A DNA stretch of 56,617 nucleotides, counting the filler, from Basidioascus undulatus (taxonomy: Eukaryota): the NCBI GenBank assembly GCA_000826855.1. It is 3 parts of 3 records of this genome, joined end to end, with 100 filler letters (N's around TTAATTAATTAA, not from the genome) between each part and the next. Parts side by side here need not be neighbours in the genome. Positions count along the whole stretch, not along the records: positions 18,925 to 37,741 come from JTLS01000448.1; positions 37,842 to 56,617 come from JTLS01000449.1; 1 more part is not named here. One strand, 5' to 3'. The notes beneath the pieces were generated by a model. That model was given only the letters and a program-made list of their open reading frames with translations. It made no database searches and was not told where the DNA came from. A program made the translations under genes and the position numbers. This document shows positions 24,621 to 39,337 of the stretch, one piece after another (the first letter of the stretch is position 1; each line of letters opens with the position of its first letter).

Positions 24621-25899
24621 CGGAGATGTAGATGATTTTATGACCTATTGGCGTCGTCATGCTGGTGCCCGAGAAAGTCTGTGTCGCAGTGGGGCTCTTA
24701 ATCCCGCAGCTGACGATGTCGACGCCGGGGGCGAACTGCCGGGCGAGAATGTCAAAGGCCCGACTTACAAAGGAGGAGCGGTGTTTCTTACGATATCGAG
24801 GAGCTTGCCGAAGTTCCTAAGGGGGGCAAAAGGCGTAGCTACGTACGCGACAGACATAAGTATCAGAATGAGCAAGATCCACGAGAACTCGGCAATGTTG
24901 TCCTTGATGCTGCAAGGTCGGTGTGGAGCTGGGCACTCGTCTCGATCCACTGGCCATGAGTTGCCAGCACCTTACTGAGTGTCCCTATCTTCCTCCACGC
25001 GGCCACTATTGCGGAGTCTTCGACCTTAGGGAAGTTGGAGGACCTCAAAGAGTAGCCATCGCAGGCAAGGACGAGCCTGCACAGCTCGCCTGGGGTCATC
25101 CCTGGGGGCAGCAGCGCCCTCGCGTGCCACTTTGCTGCCACAACGCTGTCGAAGGCGGTCACATCGCTGCTCGAGTTCACCAGTTCAAGGATTGAGGGAT
25201 CGTATGTAACCACCACCGACTTGCCAGTCCCTTCCGTGAGGCGCGACCCCAGTGGGATAAGGGCGACGTCGGGGTGCGCCCACGCTTCGAGTTTCCCAAG
25301 TGCGTCCATGTCCGCACAACCACCCGGTTGTGCACTCTCCGCACTTGAAGACGTCAGCGTAACCGAGGTAGACTGCCCATCGGCTGGGTAGCAAGGAAAG
25401 ACGTACTCGGAGGCGCCGACGGTGATAACGCTGGGCTCGCGACCACTGCGAGAAGGGATTTTTCAGCAGAGAAAACGACGAGCTAGAAAAAAGTTAGTGC
25501 CACGTAGGCGAGGAGGTCGCGGCATCGCTGCTCTCGTTTCCGGCCGCTGCGTGTGCAGTATGAATGCAGTGCGCGAGGGACGTTCGACGACGTTTCAGCC
25601 GTAGACCGAGACGCACCGCAGACCATGTGAACTTCGGCGCGGACAGCCTGACAGGACAGAAATGAGGACAAAGCGATCAGTATCTCTCGACCAAGGGAAA
25701 GAAGGGTGGGGAAATCCGCACTCCAGCCACAGCGTGGTCAAGGGCCTTGGAAACGCTGCCGCCGAGGGACATCGACCCGATCGAAGGACGTCCCGAAGCC
25801 TGGGCGGCCTGCACAACGTGTTCAATTCCGGCGATGACGTCTGGTCGAGGGTGGAAGACGCTTGAGAAGATGGTATGGAGAGAGTAAATGGGAAGACGT

Positions 25900-26787
<888 letters not shown>

Positions 26788-27589
26788 GCTGTGAGTAGGA
26801 GATTGGGTGTCTTGCTTTGGAGAAGTTGTGGTCGACTTTGGATGGGAGGGAAGAGGGAGGAAATGGGTGGTCGCGGTCAAAGGTAAGGAGAAAGTGGGCT
26901 TGGGGCAGCAACGCAGCGGAGTCGTCGTCACGAAGGTTGATCCGCGGCCCCGAAACGTAGCAACTGAACTGCGTCTCGACTTCGAGGGTCAGAAGCGCTT
27001 CTGAATCGAGTTTTCACCAGTTCTCATGGTTTGAGTAAAACCAAAGTGGGTCCTGATTGTACGGCAATTTTTCTGGAGAAACTGTTGCACACATGGAGCC
27101 CTGCGAAGGCGCAGTTACGATGAGTCACGCAGAATGCCGCCTGTGGTGCCATGGCAGAATGTTTTCGAAGAAATGAGAATACAAATGTTTACCCAAATTG
27201 CTTAAACTTTCTGTTATCATGGGCAGGGAGATCCTCACCCGCAGGCAGTCGAGCGGGAACCTGTTCTCCCTCATCCGGACCACGCTGCACGAGCATCAAA
27301 GCTTGGTTTCTCGGTATAATAGTGTTTTCACTCCATAAGAGGTCCTGTACTTCCGTTACTCCAGTCAAATTGAACCGCACTTCCAAGGACGGGTAATCCT
27401 TCAGTTCTGGTTGAAGGTGCGAACTGCGAACGGCACCCGCTGCTGCGCCGGACGAGGTAGTGTCTCTTCATCTCGCCCGCCCTCGCTTCATTTTCAAACA
27501 TGCTTCAGCCGAGGGAGCACGGGAAATCATAGAAACGCAGGCGGGTAAAGCGATGTGATGTCCGGCAACGTTATAATGAAAGACCATCC

Positions 27590-30112
27590 CGATCGAACTC
27601 CCGTCAGTCCACCTCATCCAAGTCCTCGTCGTCTTCCTTGAAGCCCTCTGTTGCTTCGTCCTTCGCATCCTCCTTCGTTTCCTCCAAATCATGCTCCTGC
27701 CCTCTTCCTCCTTCGGCGCGGTCCAGAACTCGGTGTCATAGGCGATCTACGGCACCGGGTCGAGCACAATCGCGCGTGCAATCTCGCCGGCGTTAAGACG
27801 GGCGCGGATGCGCTCGACGACGTGGGCGAGGAATGCGCGAGGGTCGGGCATGTCCGTTTTGTTGGGCTATGAGTAAAACCCCCACATCATGGCGGGGACG
27901 TCGAACGAATCGGCGGCGGTGGCGGCGGCGTCGATGCTAGGTGAAACAAGTGCAAAATATGGAGCTGATTAGTTGCGCTCGTCCGGATGAAGAAAACCTC
28001 AACGACGCACACCTTGCCTGCAGAGGAGCCGCCCTTAGGAATCCGCCTGGAAGTGATGAGGAGAGTGTGGGAGTCGAGCTGGTCAGGTAAGATCTTCCGC
28101 AAAGAGCCGAGCGGGAACGCACGCATCAAGAGCCTTGTAAAGCACTAACGGGCGCGCTTCCTCGTCGGCGGGCCACGTCTTCGCGGCGGTGGCATAGTGG
28201 TGCGCAGCGAGGGCGAGCTCGCCTGCCGACCTGAACAGCTGACCACCTTGTTGCTTCGCTCCGTGCTCGGGAAGCTTGGACGGTTTGGAATAGACGAAGC
28301 CGAACGTTTGGTGCGCGTAGGCGAGGGGGTACAACTGCGGATTGAACCCATCAGTCATCACCAGCGATTCACGCGGAATCTGGAAGGAACGTACTTGGTG
28401 TGCCAAGGGTAAGTGCAGGCTTACCAGGAATAAACTGAGCAAAGGAAAGTGTTCGCGAACGAGGACGCGCGCTGATCAGTGGGGACGTTCGGCCACTCTG
28501 CCCCGTACAAGCTCGATGATCTTCGCCGCGCGCCGGTAGCTGTCAACGGCGGCAACTGTAATGGCGAAGGAGATAAGCTTCTCTTGTTCCGGTGAGGCCA
28601 AGGCAGCGAGCAAAACGCACCGAGATTGTTGTTGAGCGGTCGGTAATCAAGCCTTCGACCAAGCCCGAATCGTATGGCTGACGCAGTCGCGGACGCTCCC
28701 GTTCCGCCCCGGCGTCCTCCACGGCCCCCTGCCGAGCCTGCCACGCATGACGCGCACGACCTCCGCGGCCGGGACGTCGGTATCCGGCGCGCCGATATGC
28801 TTGGCCTCGATGATGATCTGCCGGTCGAGAGTCTTAACAACGTCGGGCCCGACGGCGTACTCGGTGTCGATGACGAAGGCAGGGAATCGGTGACAGAGTA
28901 CACCGCCGGAGAGGCAAGTATAGAGATAGCTCACCTCGGTACTCGCAGATGAGGATGGAGACGAACTCCTGCAGAACCTCAGTCCAGGTCTTCAGGACGG
29001 CAGCGGGTCGCCTGCCGGCGCGCGTAGTAACGACCGACTGGCTGGCCGTCCCGTATTTTCTGGACATCCATGTAAGCACCATTCACATGATTCATGTATG
29101 GCCGTCTCAAAATAGCGCATCTTGAACATCTCGCACATCTCGTGCCAGGGGTGGAAGAGCTGGTACGTCGCCGAGGTGCTAGGGAGCGCCCCCATAGCGT
29201 TCAGCATAGTGCTGGCGCGAGCGACGGGCGGCATCCATTCATAATCGACAGTTCCAGATGAGCCTGACGGATGCCGAGCCTCGATAGCGTTGAAGGCGTC
29301 GCGGAAGCCTTTGCGAACGACATGCTATGATGTATCTGCGTCGGTGAGGGCAGCTCGCCTGCTTACGCTTCCGTGCGTTATTATTCTTCTCGAATTTCGC
29401 CGCTCGTTGGTCTGTAGATATGCGGGTAAGCTCAAGATTACGGACGGGAGAGGTTGTGATGGATGTCTTACAAGCTTCCTTGGCGTCCTCCCATCTCTCG
29501 ACCAGCTCGCACGCCTTGCCCAAGCGCCCGTACGCCTTGGAGTAGTTCTCAACCAGTTGCAGGTCACGAAAGCCCCAGGTTCAGCGGGTCACAGTGTGTA
29601 AAACAAAGGAACAAAGACGATGCTCTGACCTTGACGGCGTTCGTCGTGCTGAGGACGGAGACATAAGCTTTGAGATGGCTCGTGAGCAAGATGCACGCCC
29701 CGAGCGTAACCAGGCAGGCCCATTTCGGGAACAAGATAGCACTGAGAACGGCTCGCATACAGAGTGGCAGTGCCACCGCAAGTATCCTGGGCCGCGGTGT
29801 ACCTACCGAACCCCGAATAGTCCGATCCACTCGAAGTCGAGGAGCACTGGAAAGGGAGACTGGTAGCCTTGCCGGAAGTCTACCTACTTCTTGAAAGCGT
29901 CGACGAATTTGCCTTTGGTGTAGAGGTCCGGTCGAGAAAGATAAGTTCTGCATTGGTGCATCGAGTGATTCGGACGAAACGTACGTCGCCTCGCGCTGCA
30001 GACGAGAGACTGAGCCTGAGTCCGCCACGGCCTTGTCGATTCTTTCGGTGGTCTGAGGGTGCTCATCCTGTGAGCACAGCTGCTTTGGAATAAGCGTAGT
30101 CGAACCTGCCAT
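27590..30112 (-). pseudogene. TPR-containing protein, multi-exon, with frameshifts; 3' end approximate
   Basis: TPR-like segments DLYTKGKFVDAFKK, PLYASRSQCYL and NYSKAYGRLGKACELVERWEDAKEA. C-terminal EWPNVPTDQR..F.NTF and AAHHYATAAKTWPADEE. Extra G in a GGGG run near 28503. Confidence 0.6.
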
Positions 30113-30843
30113 GTACGGAGTGTATGCGAGATGAAAGAGAGTCGAGAGCAAACGAGAGGCCGACGAAGTCGTTTTGGCTGCCCTTCGAATGCGGCAAACA
30201 AAAATTCCTCCCGTTTGCAAGTCTGCTACGACAAAAGTCACCTTTCAAGGCCGCAGCATTTTATTCTATAACGTCTTCATAAAGGTGCGCTTGCACCTCC
30301 AGCTCGACAAAATCAGGAGGGCCGAACCTTGTCGCGGGCTGAACATCGGAGGCGGATGTCGCATCCTAATACCGATCAGATACAAGTTCTGTGTCCAGGG
30401 CAGAACGTGTTCCCGCTGCTGAGTGATATTGTCTGCACCAACCCCAAGCGCAGTTCATTTCGAGGAGAGGGTATGTCGTTACCAACTCGGTATCGAGGGA
30501 AGAAGAGGGTAGGCCCCTCACCGTGCCGATATTTTGCCCAACTCCACAAGACTCAGTGCAGAGCGTACCCCCGACACGGACGAAAATTAAACGCGCAAAC
30601 CATGATATCGCTCGTGATATTGGCGAAAGTCCGAAGGAAGAGGGATATCGTGACGGTGAATGTCGAAGGTAGGTCAAGAGGTGGTAGGGTAGTGTCCGAA
30701 AGTGTCCGAATGGCAAGTGTCCCTCCCTATGTGCGCCTGCAAGTGTCTGAATGGAAAGGGGGTACGCACTACGGCGAAGTGTCCGAAAAACGGAAGAGCA
30801 AGAATCAAGAATCCGAATATGCAAACGAGAACAGAGAAAAAAG

Positions 30844-31988
30844 CTACTGCGCCCACCCTACCCTGCCCATCCTGATGCCCTCCTCGCCGTCCTCCGCACT
30901 CGGACTGCGCGTCATCCGCCCCGCCCCTGGCGGCAGCGCGCCGCCAGGTATGGCGATCCTGAGGTTTGGCCTGGGACTGTGACTGTGACTGTGCGAGGAC
31001 AGCGAGTGGCTGTGTGCGAACAGCGAGGGCGGGGAGGCGGCGCTGAGGCGCGGGCTGGTCGGCGGACTGAAGAGCGGCGCGGCAAAGTCGTCGACGGCCA
31101 TGAGGCTGTTGCGGGGCGCGGCGGGGTGGCGGTCCCGGATGAAGGAGGGCGACGAGTCGCGTCGGCGGTGAGGGGAGCCCTGGGAGGCGACGGTTTCGTA
31201 CGACCCGAAGGCGGCGGCTGGGGCGGGGAGCGGCTCGGGGGGAGGGGTGGGCGTGCGCAGGAGCGTGTGCGCTTCGGCGGGGCGGGAGACGTTGTGCTTC
31301 GTTTTGTCGAAGAACTCGGGCGGATCTGTGAGGGAGGGAAGCGAGATCAGGATTTGATTAGTTAGGGGATGGGAAGGGAGGAGGACAAACAGAACGAGTC
31401 GCGATGGCAAGAGCCTTCCTGCCGCTTCATGAAGAAGCGGGCCACCGCGATGACAATGACGATGACCGCGATCGCGATGACGATGGTCACGACAACCGCC
31501 GCCGGGAAGTACTTGTTCGAGGGCTGGAACGCGCCTGCGACGCCCGCCTTGGTTGGGGTGGCAGAGGCGGAGGAGCTCGTGGAGGAGGCGGAGTCGGTAG
31601 ACGTGTTGGTTGATGTGGAGGAGTCGGAGGACGAGGAGGACGAGTCGGTGGAAGAGGAAGAGTCGGATGAGGAGGACGAGGATGATGAAGAGTCGGATGA
31701 AGAAGATGAGGAGTCAGAGGAGGATGAAGCGGAGGCGCTCGATGAGCTGTCGCTTTCGCTACTGCTGCTGCCGCTGCTGCTATTGTCGTCCCCGGAAGAC
31801 GAGGATGCATCGCCGGAGGAAGAGCTGTCCCTGTCCTGCCGACGCACGATGCGCACCAAGCCCGTCGGACCTGGCAAAGACGGCGCGGGAGTGACGAGAG
31901 CGTGAGGGGTGCCTGGGGCGGCAGGTGAATCGGCGAAGGAAGACGCCGAACAGGCGAGAAGTGCGAGTGCCAGAAGTGAGGCTCTCAT
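30844..31988 (-). CDS. type I membrane protein with signal peptide, Ser/Thr/Asp-rich ectodomain and single TM helix (Mid2/Wsc-like architecture)
   Basis: MRASLLALALLACSASSFA signal; RR site followed by poly-Ser; TM AAVVVTIVIAIAVIVIVIAVA. Intron 31390-31326 (GTTTGT...CACAG) joins to a Pro/Ser-rich tail, giving 359 aa. Confidence 0.75.
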
Positions 31989-32917
31989 CTTCCGTGGCTT
32001 TTGATGGGGTGAGCGTTGAGCGGAACGATGAGATGAGCGAAGAAGATAGAAAGGAGGAAGAAAGAAAGAAGACGAAGGTGCCGCTGCGGCCTGGCAGACG
32101 ATGCCCGTGGGGGTCTAGGGTCGGGATGATGGTATGCTAGAGGAAACGGACGTGAAAAAGATGCCGATGTCAGGTGCTTCGAAGGTCGGAGTATAGAAAA
32201 TGCAAACAGGGGTAAGTCGGCAAGTCGAAGCAAATGAAGAGCTGCTGGGCGCTGCGCGTGCGCAGCGTGGATGATGAGCGAGGATCGAACGGCTGAGGCG
32301 GCAGGAACGGGTTGAGGGTGGCCCTCTGTTCCTCGCTGCGCCAAGCTGTCCGGCGGCCGTCGATAAATTTATAAGTTAAATACATCGAGGCAGAAAAGGT
32401 GTGCATGTTGCCTGGAGGTCACCAGGAGGAGAATATTTGCAGCAAGTCGTTGAGGATGGCCAAAAGGAGAGCCGCAACGGTCTGGTCGATATGACGCGGT
32501 TGAGGGTGGAGCTCGCTGCTCGTCTTCCTCGTCAGCGGCGGGCGCCGCCGGTACGCGTTCTTATTTGACGGTTTTCATTGGCCCCTCAAGGCTTCGTTTC
32601 TTCACGGTACACTGCCCTTCAAGCTTGTACCAGGACATTCTCGCGGTGTAGAGCGTCAGAAATACCCCCAAAACACTTTCCAAAACACAGCTGCTTTATG
32701 AGTAGCGAAACACGCATTGAAACGAAAGTGTAAATAGTCGGCCGGGGAGCCGTAACCGTACGGTCGGGCGTGAACGGAGATCAGGTCCTGCCGGTCGTTG
32801 GGCGTTTTGCGCGCCCTCGCCTTCTCTTGCCAGCACCTCAGGCTCCCTTGTCCTCCGCCCCCCACTCCACCGCACCTCTCTTCCTCGCCGTTTCAGCCCT
32901 CGTCGCCGCCGTTCGCC

Positions 32918-34456
32918 ATGTCTTTCCGCTCGCCCCTCCTCAACGCCGCGTTCCCCATCGCCTCCGTCAGCGAAAAGGCCGACGCCGCCATCCAGCGCAC
33001 CGAGGAGAAGGTCAAGGAGGCCCTCCCCCAGAACGTCGCCCCCACCGGCGCCGGCCTCTACGCCCGCTTCGCCCTTGCTGGTGCCATCTGCTGTGCCGTC
33101 ACGTATGTCTGCAAACAATGTGCTTGAAGCGACCCGAGGTGTACACTGGATGCTGACCCGAAGCACCTTTTTTCATCGTCTTCGATCAACAGCCACGGTG
33201 CCCTCACCCCCGTCGATGTCGTACGTCTTCTTCCTTTTCCTTACAAGGTTTTTGTGGCGGGATGGCATTTTTGGTCGCTCATCACGACCTGTGGCGGCGC
33301 ATGAATAGGTCAAGACCCGCATCCAGCTCGAGCCTGAGGTCTACAACAAGGTGTGTGCCGATCTTCCCTCTTCAGCGTCAACACAAACTAACCTTGCATT
33401 CGCTTCGTAGGGCATGATCGGCTCCTTCAAGCAGGTCGTCCAGACCGAGGGTGCTGGCGCTCTCTTGACCGGCTTCGGGTAAGGCACCCAGCAGGCAGCC
33501 CCAACCAACGCACGGCTCACTCCTGCCCGCACCGCACCGCAGCCCCACCTTCGCGGGCTACTTCCTCCAGGGCGCGTTCAAGTTCGGTGGTTACGAGTTC
33601 TGGAAGAAGCAGGCGATCGACTACTTCGGGATCGAGAAGGCGCGCGAGAACCGCACCGCGATCTATCTCGGCTCGTCTGCCATCGCCGAGTTCTTTGCCG
33701 ACATTGCTTTGTGCCCGCTCGAGGCGACCCGCATCCGTCTCGTCTCCCAGCCCACGTTCGCCACCGGCCTCGTCTCCGGCTTCACCAAGATCCTCTCCCA
33801 GGAGGGTGCTGGCGCTCTCTACGCTGGGTAGGTCTCTTGCCTACCTTCTCTTTATAAGGACAAGTTGGCTGAGACTTGGGGATTACCAGCTTCGGTCCCA
33901 TCCTCTTCAAGCAGGTTCCCTACACCATGGCCAAGTTCGGTGTGTACGAGAAGGTCTTCGAGTCCGCCATCAAGGGCTACGGCAAGCCCAAGGAGCAGAT
34001 CGCCCCCGGCACCCTCTCGGCCCTCAACCTGGGCTCTGGTCTCATCGCTGGTTTCGCTGCCGGTTCGTTACTCCCCTGGCCTTGATAGTTAGGTCCTCTT
34101 GATGCTGATGCTGATGCCTCCGCGCTCGCCCCACTAGCCATCATCTCCCAGCCCGCCGACACCCTTCTCTCCAAGATTAACAAGACCAAGGCCGCCCCGG
34201 GCGAGGGTGTCACCTCCCGCCTGGTCAAGATGGCCGGCCAGCTCGGTGTCCGTGGCCTCTTCGGCGGCATGAGTGCGTCCTCTCGCTCCCCTAAGCTCCC
34301 CCGACCCTCCCCTGCCGCCCACTAACGCTTCCGCCTTATTTTCTCTCAGCCACCCGTCTCGTCATGATCGGTACACTGACCGCCGGCCAGTTCGCGATTT
34401 ACGGCGAAATCAAGCGCGTTCTCGGCGCGACCGGCGGTGTCGAGATCGCCAAGTAA
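32918..34456 (+). CDS. MIR1: mitochondrial phosphate carrier (SLC25A3 family), multi-exon
   Basis: [92 protein letters not shown] and [12 protein letters not shown]; stop TAA at 34454-34456. Confidence 0.96.
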
Positions 34457-35934
34457 ACGAATCTCCCCCCACTCCCTGCCACCCTCCCCACCTTCCCTAC
34501 CTACCTCCCCCTCCCTGACACGACAAAAGCACCTCCTCCTACCCACCCCTGTATTACGCCCCCGTATTTTTCTTCCTTTCCTACTGCACTCTGTTACTAG
34601 CGTTGTGGACCAACCAACCAATAGACGGCCAGGTCCTGGCTTTGAGAATGACTTGCGGGCGTGCCGATTGTGTGTTTGCTTGGGATGTGTGATTCATTTG
34701 TGTGAAATATCTGTGCGGTACAATTCGAGCCACAAAAGAAGAAAAAAGAAACCCTGCCGTTACAGGCGTGGGGTACATGTGTGCTTGGGAGGGCGCGGCT
34801 GCGTCGACCGGCATGCGGAGGTGCTTACCCTTTTCATGTGTGGATATTTGCGTAGGAAAGCTCGTCACGATAAAAATCATGGAATGGCATGGAGATACAA
34901 CAATAGGGAAACAAACACAGATCGTTCTTGGACAACGGTCGACAGTTGGATCAGGCACCGTGACGAGCCAGAAGTCGTTGCTTGTAGTCCGCCTCGGGAA
35001 TTGGGCTTGTCAACTCAGTGGTTTCAACACTCAGGATGTCCTCAATTTTCCCAATAGCGAGAGGTGTGAGATGGAGATGGAAGAGCCTGGAAGCAACGCT
35101 CCCTGGACGGTAGGGATGAGAGTCTGACAGTGCGCAGCGCGCGCAACCACAACGGTCCCAACGGACAAGTCGGTGCTTTTCAGTATACCGATGAATTTTA
35201 TGACATACCTGCTTTCTGATATCCTACCGTGTGCTAGAGGAGGACGGGAGAAGGATGGGGGAGCCTGGTACCGACAGCACAAAACAAAGGAAAGATTTGT
35301 TCCAACGATGTGTAGCGCGGGTGTGGGCTGTCTAGTATGCGATTTGGAACATTTGCTGTTTCGTACGTAAGACTCTTGCCTTCTGTGTATATCATGATGC
35401 AGAGCTTAAAGCTCTCAGTTCTACCTGAACTCTTGAAACTGACATCGTCGCAGAGACTGCGTTCTTTGTCGGCACATCCGCTTCCGTATGCATTGTCCGA
35501 ACTTGGGCGGACGGTATTCATTTCATTTCAGTAAAGCAATCAGTTTGGAGGCCAAAACTCGCGCGTCCATCTGACAGACTGCGGGACTGCGGGACTGCGT
35601 GAACCAGGCGCATGCGGCGACGAATGCGGGTGATGAGTTTCATGCCAGGATCGGTCAGGAATTCAGATCATAGGTTTTCTTTTGTGTGCCGCTGATGCCC
35701 AAGTGTCGCCGCCGTGAATAGCTGGCCGGGATCTGAGCACTTCCCGTGGAACTGTGCGCTTCCGCTTCTGGTTTCATGGCCCACATGATCAGTGCGACGG
35801 GCAGAGAATACCCCCTCGAAGGAAGGTAGAAAAGGACAGCTTGAGTGTTGAGAAACTTCACATCCAGCAAAAAAATCGGTCTTCCCCCTCTCACTCAATC
35901 TACCAACAACCCCTCACACCCTACCATAAGCACG

Positions 35935-36611
35935 ATGTCCTCCAGCATGTCCGGCAACCGTGGGGGCAACGGCGGCAACGACCAGGACAACCAAAAGCTC
36001 AGGAAGATCCTTGACGAGTACAACAACAAGCAGGGTGACGTGACCCAGCTCACCCGCGAGCTGTGCGACAAGATCCGGTGCGTCGCACTTTGAGTGCTTT
36101 CTCTGCGAGCACCTTGATGACTGACCGGCGCTCTGGGGCGGGGGGACTGCAGCGACCAGTTCAACCGCGAGAACATCGTCGTCATCCGTCAGGATGCGGT
36201 CAATTAGCTTCAGACCAACGACGTCCGCGCCAAGGGCCACTGCGAGATCAAGGACCAGCAACGCGGCCAGCAGCGCTACGAGGCTCGCGTATTCGGCGAG
36301 GGTACGTTTCCTCCCGATATTGGAATATTGGAACATGCTGTTTCGCCTCTAATCTCGGGCTGATTGTACCGTGGCTGCTCCCAGGGTCTCTGTCCGACGC
36401 CCGCAACTTCCAGTGGGTTGTCCAAGGCGCTGCTCAGCTGACTTGCTTTGCTGTCCTAGCTAACGAAGCTTGATCCTCTTACAGGGGACGCAACGACCAG
36501 GTTACTGGCTTCGTCAACTGGGAAATGCAGGGCGACAGGGTCATCTTCCGCCGTCCCAACAGCGACAATGACCGCAAGCGCCTAGAGCTCAACCGCAACG
36601 AGCGTCAGTAG
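35935..36611 (+). pseudogene. paralog (copy B) of the 20131-20858 protein with one in-frame TAG
   Basis: Same three intron positions and phases as copy A. AVN*LQT aligns with VKDQLRT, with TAG at 36205-36207 opposite CAG; otherwise open to TAG at 36609-36611. Confidence 0.8.
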
Positions 36612-37741
36612 GCCACCCGGGTTGGATGACCTTCGAAGTGTGAGTTTAACGGATCTATTTTCAATGCCAATTTCTGTGCAGTATGCTGACTTCAGAACGC
36701 TGCAGAAGGACACTTCTTGGGGTCCCTTACCTTCCATGGCCTGCCTGTAAATGAAATGTACCGAGCGATGCACGCCTTTGTGCTCCCAAAAGGTTATTAT
36801 GTCTGAAGGTTGGTAGTAAAGGTTGTGAAAAGGGACAAAAATGTTGGGAGCGAAGAAACTGCCATGATGTCTCCGTAATCTGCTGAAACGCTGAGCAACG
36901 CTGAAGCATATTCACGCAGTATACCTGCGAAATTTCTGACCACCCAAAAAGGCGTCAGAGCCACCCCCACAGACTTCACAGAAAAACACTGGGAAAAAAA
37001 TCCCCGGCATTTAAGGCACTTGAGAAAAGTTGACAGGAACGGTAGCAATCGATTCCAGTACAAGGTCTTTCACAGCACGACTGCGTTTCGTTGCACGAGG
37101 TTTGTGATACCACCACCTCTTTCTCGAGGCGGTGCATGTGCAATAAATTCCGAGCCTCACTGCTGGAGGGCCATCCCCTATCAAGGAGTCGCTTTGGCTG
37201 GCCATGACGTGCCCCGTGCCGCTGTCTTGGCAACGAACACAATATGAAGCAATCACCGGCTCTCATTTACCTAGACGAAAGTGAATCCGAGTGAACTGAA
37301 GGGTCCTATTTGCGGCGCCGCGTGTACAGGCCATTCAAGCGGCTCCCTCCTTAGTCTTTGTCTGTCTCTCGCCATCGAACTTCTAATTTCGCGAGGGGGC
37401 GTTCTGACTGGACAGCATCAGCTGAATTTCAGCCTTCTTATGGTCTTATTATATGGAACGCAGTCTCTTGGCTCGGTTCTGGCCGTTCTGCAAGGCTGTG
37501 TTGCACAGCAAGGATGGTGATGCGAAGCGCAGGCGAATAAGTAACTCTAAGTATCACAGTGACATGGTTTGAAAGGGAAGGGTAATAATTTCAATTCCGA
37601 GGGTCGACAATGAGGGCAAAGGAGCGAGGGGTAAAGAATGTGGTTAAGCCGGCCGAAGGAACAATCAACCCAGGGAGCTGGCTCTGTTTACAGCAGCAGA
37701 GGGATGTTCTCCGCGAAGTACTCGTGCGAGCTGAGGCGGGG

Positions 37742-37841
37742 NNNNNNNNNNNNNNNNNNNNNNNNNNNNNNNNNNNNNNNNNNNNTTAATTAATTAANNN
37801 NNNNNNNNNNNNNNNNNNNNNNNNNNNNNNNNNNNNNNNNN
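37742..37841. other. artificial assembly spacer N44-TTAATTAATTAA-N44
   Basis: Identical to the spacer at 18825-18924. Confidence 0.97.
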
Positions 37842-38246
37842 TACCAGGGGAGGGAAAAGGGTGGAGCGAAAGCGAAGGAGGGGCCGAACACCAACGCACC
37901 TATGGCACCAGCAATCCGTCTGCACGATGCTCAAGCAGTTGGCCTGGCTGACCGCGAGCTGGAGGCACGTCGCCGCGCACGCGGAGATGCCCGTGAGGGA
38001 GGGGTAGCTCGCCGCGCTCGTCTTGGTCGCGCTCCCCGTCGTCGTCACATTGGGCGTGATGGTGATGGGGATGACAGAGCCGGACAGGGTGGTGCTGGTC
38101 ACGATGAGGGATGGCGTCGCGGTGCTGTTGCTGGGTGCGGAGGAGAGGGAGGAGGTAGAGGAGGAGCTAGAGAGGGAGGAGGTGCTGGAGGAGGAGGATT
38201 GGGCGGCGGAGAGGAGGGGGAGAGCCAGGAGAAGGAGAGTGAACAT
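37842..38246 (-). CDS. secreted Ser/Thr-rich protein with a CFEM-like cysteine domain, 3'-partial at the contig end
   Basis: Signal MFTLLLLALPLLSAA, Ser/Thr tract, then YPSLTGISACAATCLQLAVSQANCLSIVQTDCWCH; a probable intron runs into the gap. Confidence 0.75.
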
Positions 38247-39337
38247 TTTGAGTTAGTGGGTGGGGGTGAGAGGCGTGAAGGGTACAGAGGGGAAGGATGA
38301 GAGGAGGAAAGAGGAGGAGGAAAGAGGAGAGGCGCAGCACGGACTGATGATGGACAGGGCCAAGTGTGAGCGGCCAGTGCACGTCAGATGTCACCGTCAA
38401 ATGTCAGTGTCACTCTCTGGCTGCACAACGTCACAGCCTTCTCCTCATTCTCATTCCCCACCCGCCACCATCCTCGCCTCACCTGCACACAAACCACCTA
38501 CATAAATTGCTTTCCACTTTCCTACATAAGCCACCCACAAAAAGGCAGCTAGCCCCGGTCCAGCCGAGTCGAGCCCTCGCGCCGCCTGCGTAATCCCCTT
38601 ACCATACCCATGTACATATTACCACATATAGATTATACATCCGCGCCGAGGAGGACGACATCCCAGCGCCCGGCGCAGCAGCATCGACCTTCAACTTCAC
38701 CTTCGCGTCTCTCCTCGTCCTCCTCGACCGCTGCGTGTTCTTCGGGGCTCGGTCTTTGGACGAAAAAGGACTCGGATCAATTGTTTCTGGAGCGCACACT
38801 GCGATACAGCAGAGTAGCAGGTGGGTACGCCGCGAACCTCTGTGTACAGCAGGCTGCAGCTGCTAGCACTCCTGCTGCTCCCTCGGTGCAAGAACACTGC
38901 TCCCACCGTGTACTGATCATGAATTGACTTGCACTGCTTCCCTCCCCTTCATCCCCTCACCCAGCACCCCCTGTCCCCCCTCCCAGTCCTCCCCGGAAAC
39001 GAAGCATGGATAGCAGGCCTCGTCCTGAATGCTACAGCCTGAAAGATCGTTATTGGGGCCTTCAGTGGTCCCCCTCTCGGCGGAGGACATTGCGGACTTG
39101 CGCGCGAGCGTGGAGGGGGATGTAGTGTGCAGGGATTAGGAGGGGTGCGTGGTGCCTTCATCCCTCTCTCTTTGCTTCCCCCTCTTCCTATCCCCTTCTT
39201 CCTTCTTTGTCTCTTCCTTCCTCTACCCCTCTTCCTCTTCCTCTTCCTCTCCCTCTTCCCTGTTACTCTTCCTTCTACTCTTTCCCTCCCTAGCACTCTT
39301 TCTCCTCATCTTTCTCTTCATCGTGCGTTTTGCACTA

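Noticed and set aside
31369..31905. Acidic Glu/Asp-rich ORF on the + strand
   Set aside because: Antisense shadow of the poly-Ser membrane protein gene, which has the coherent signal, TM and intron structure.
36205..36207. Genome-wide TAG reassignment (alternative genetic code)
   Set aside because: CWC15 ends at TAG at its conserved C-terminus, and no in-frame TAG was noticed in the core genes.
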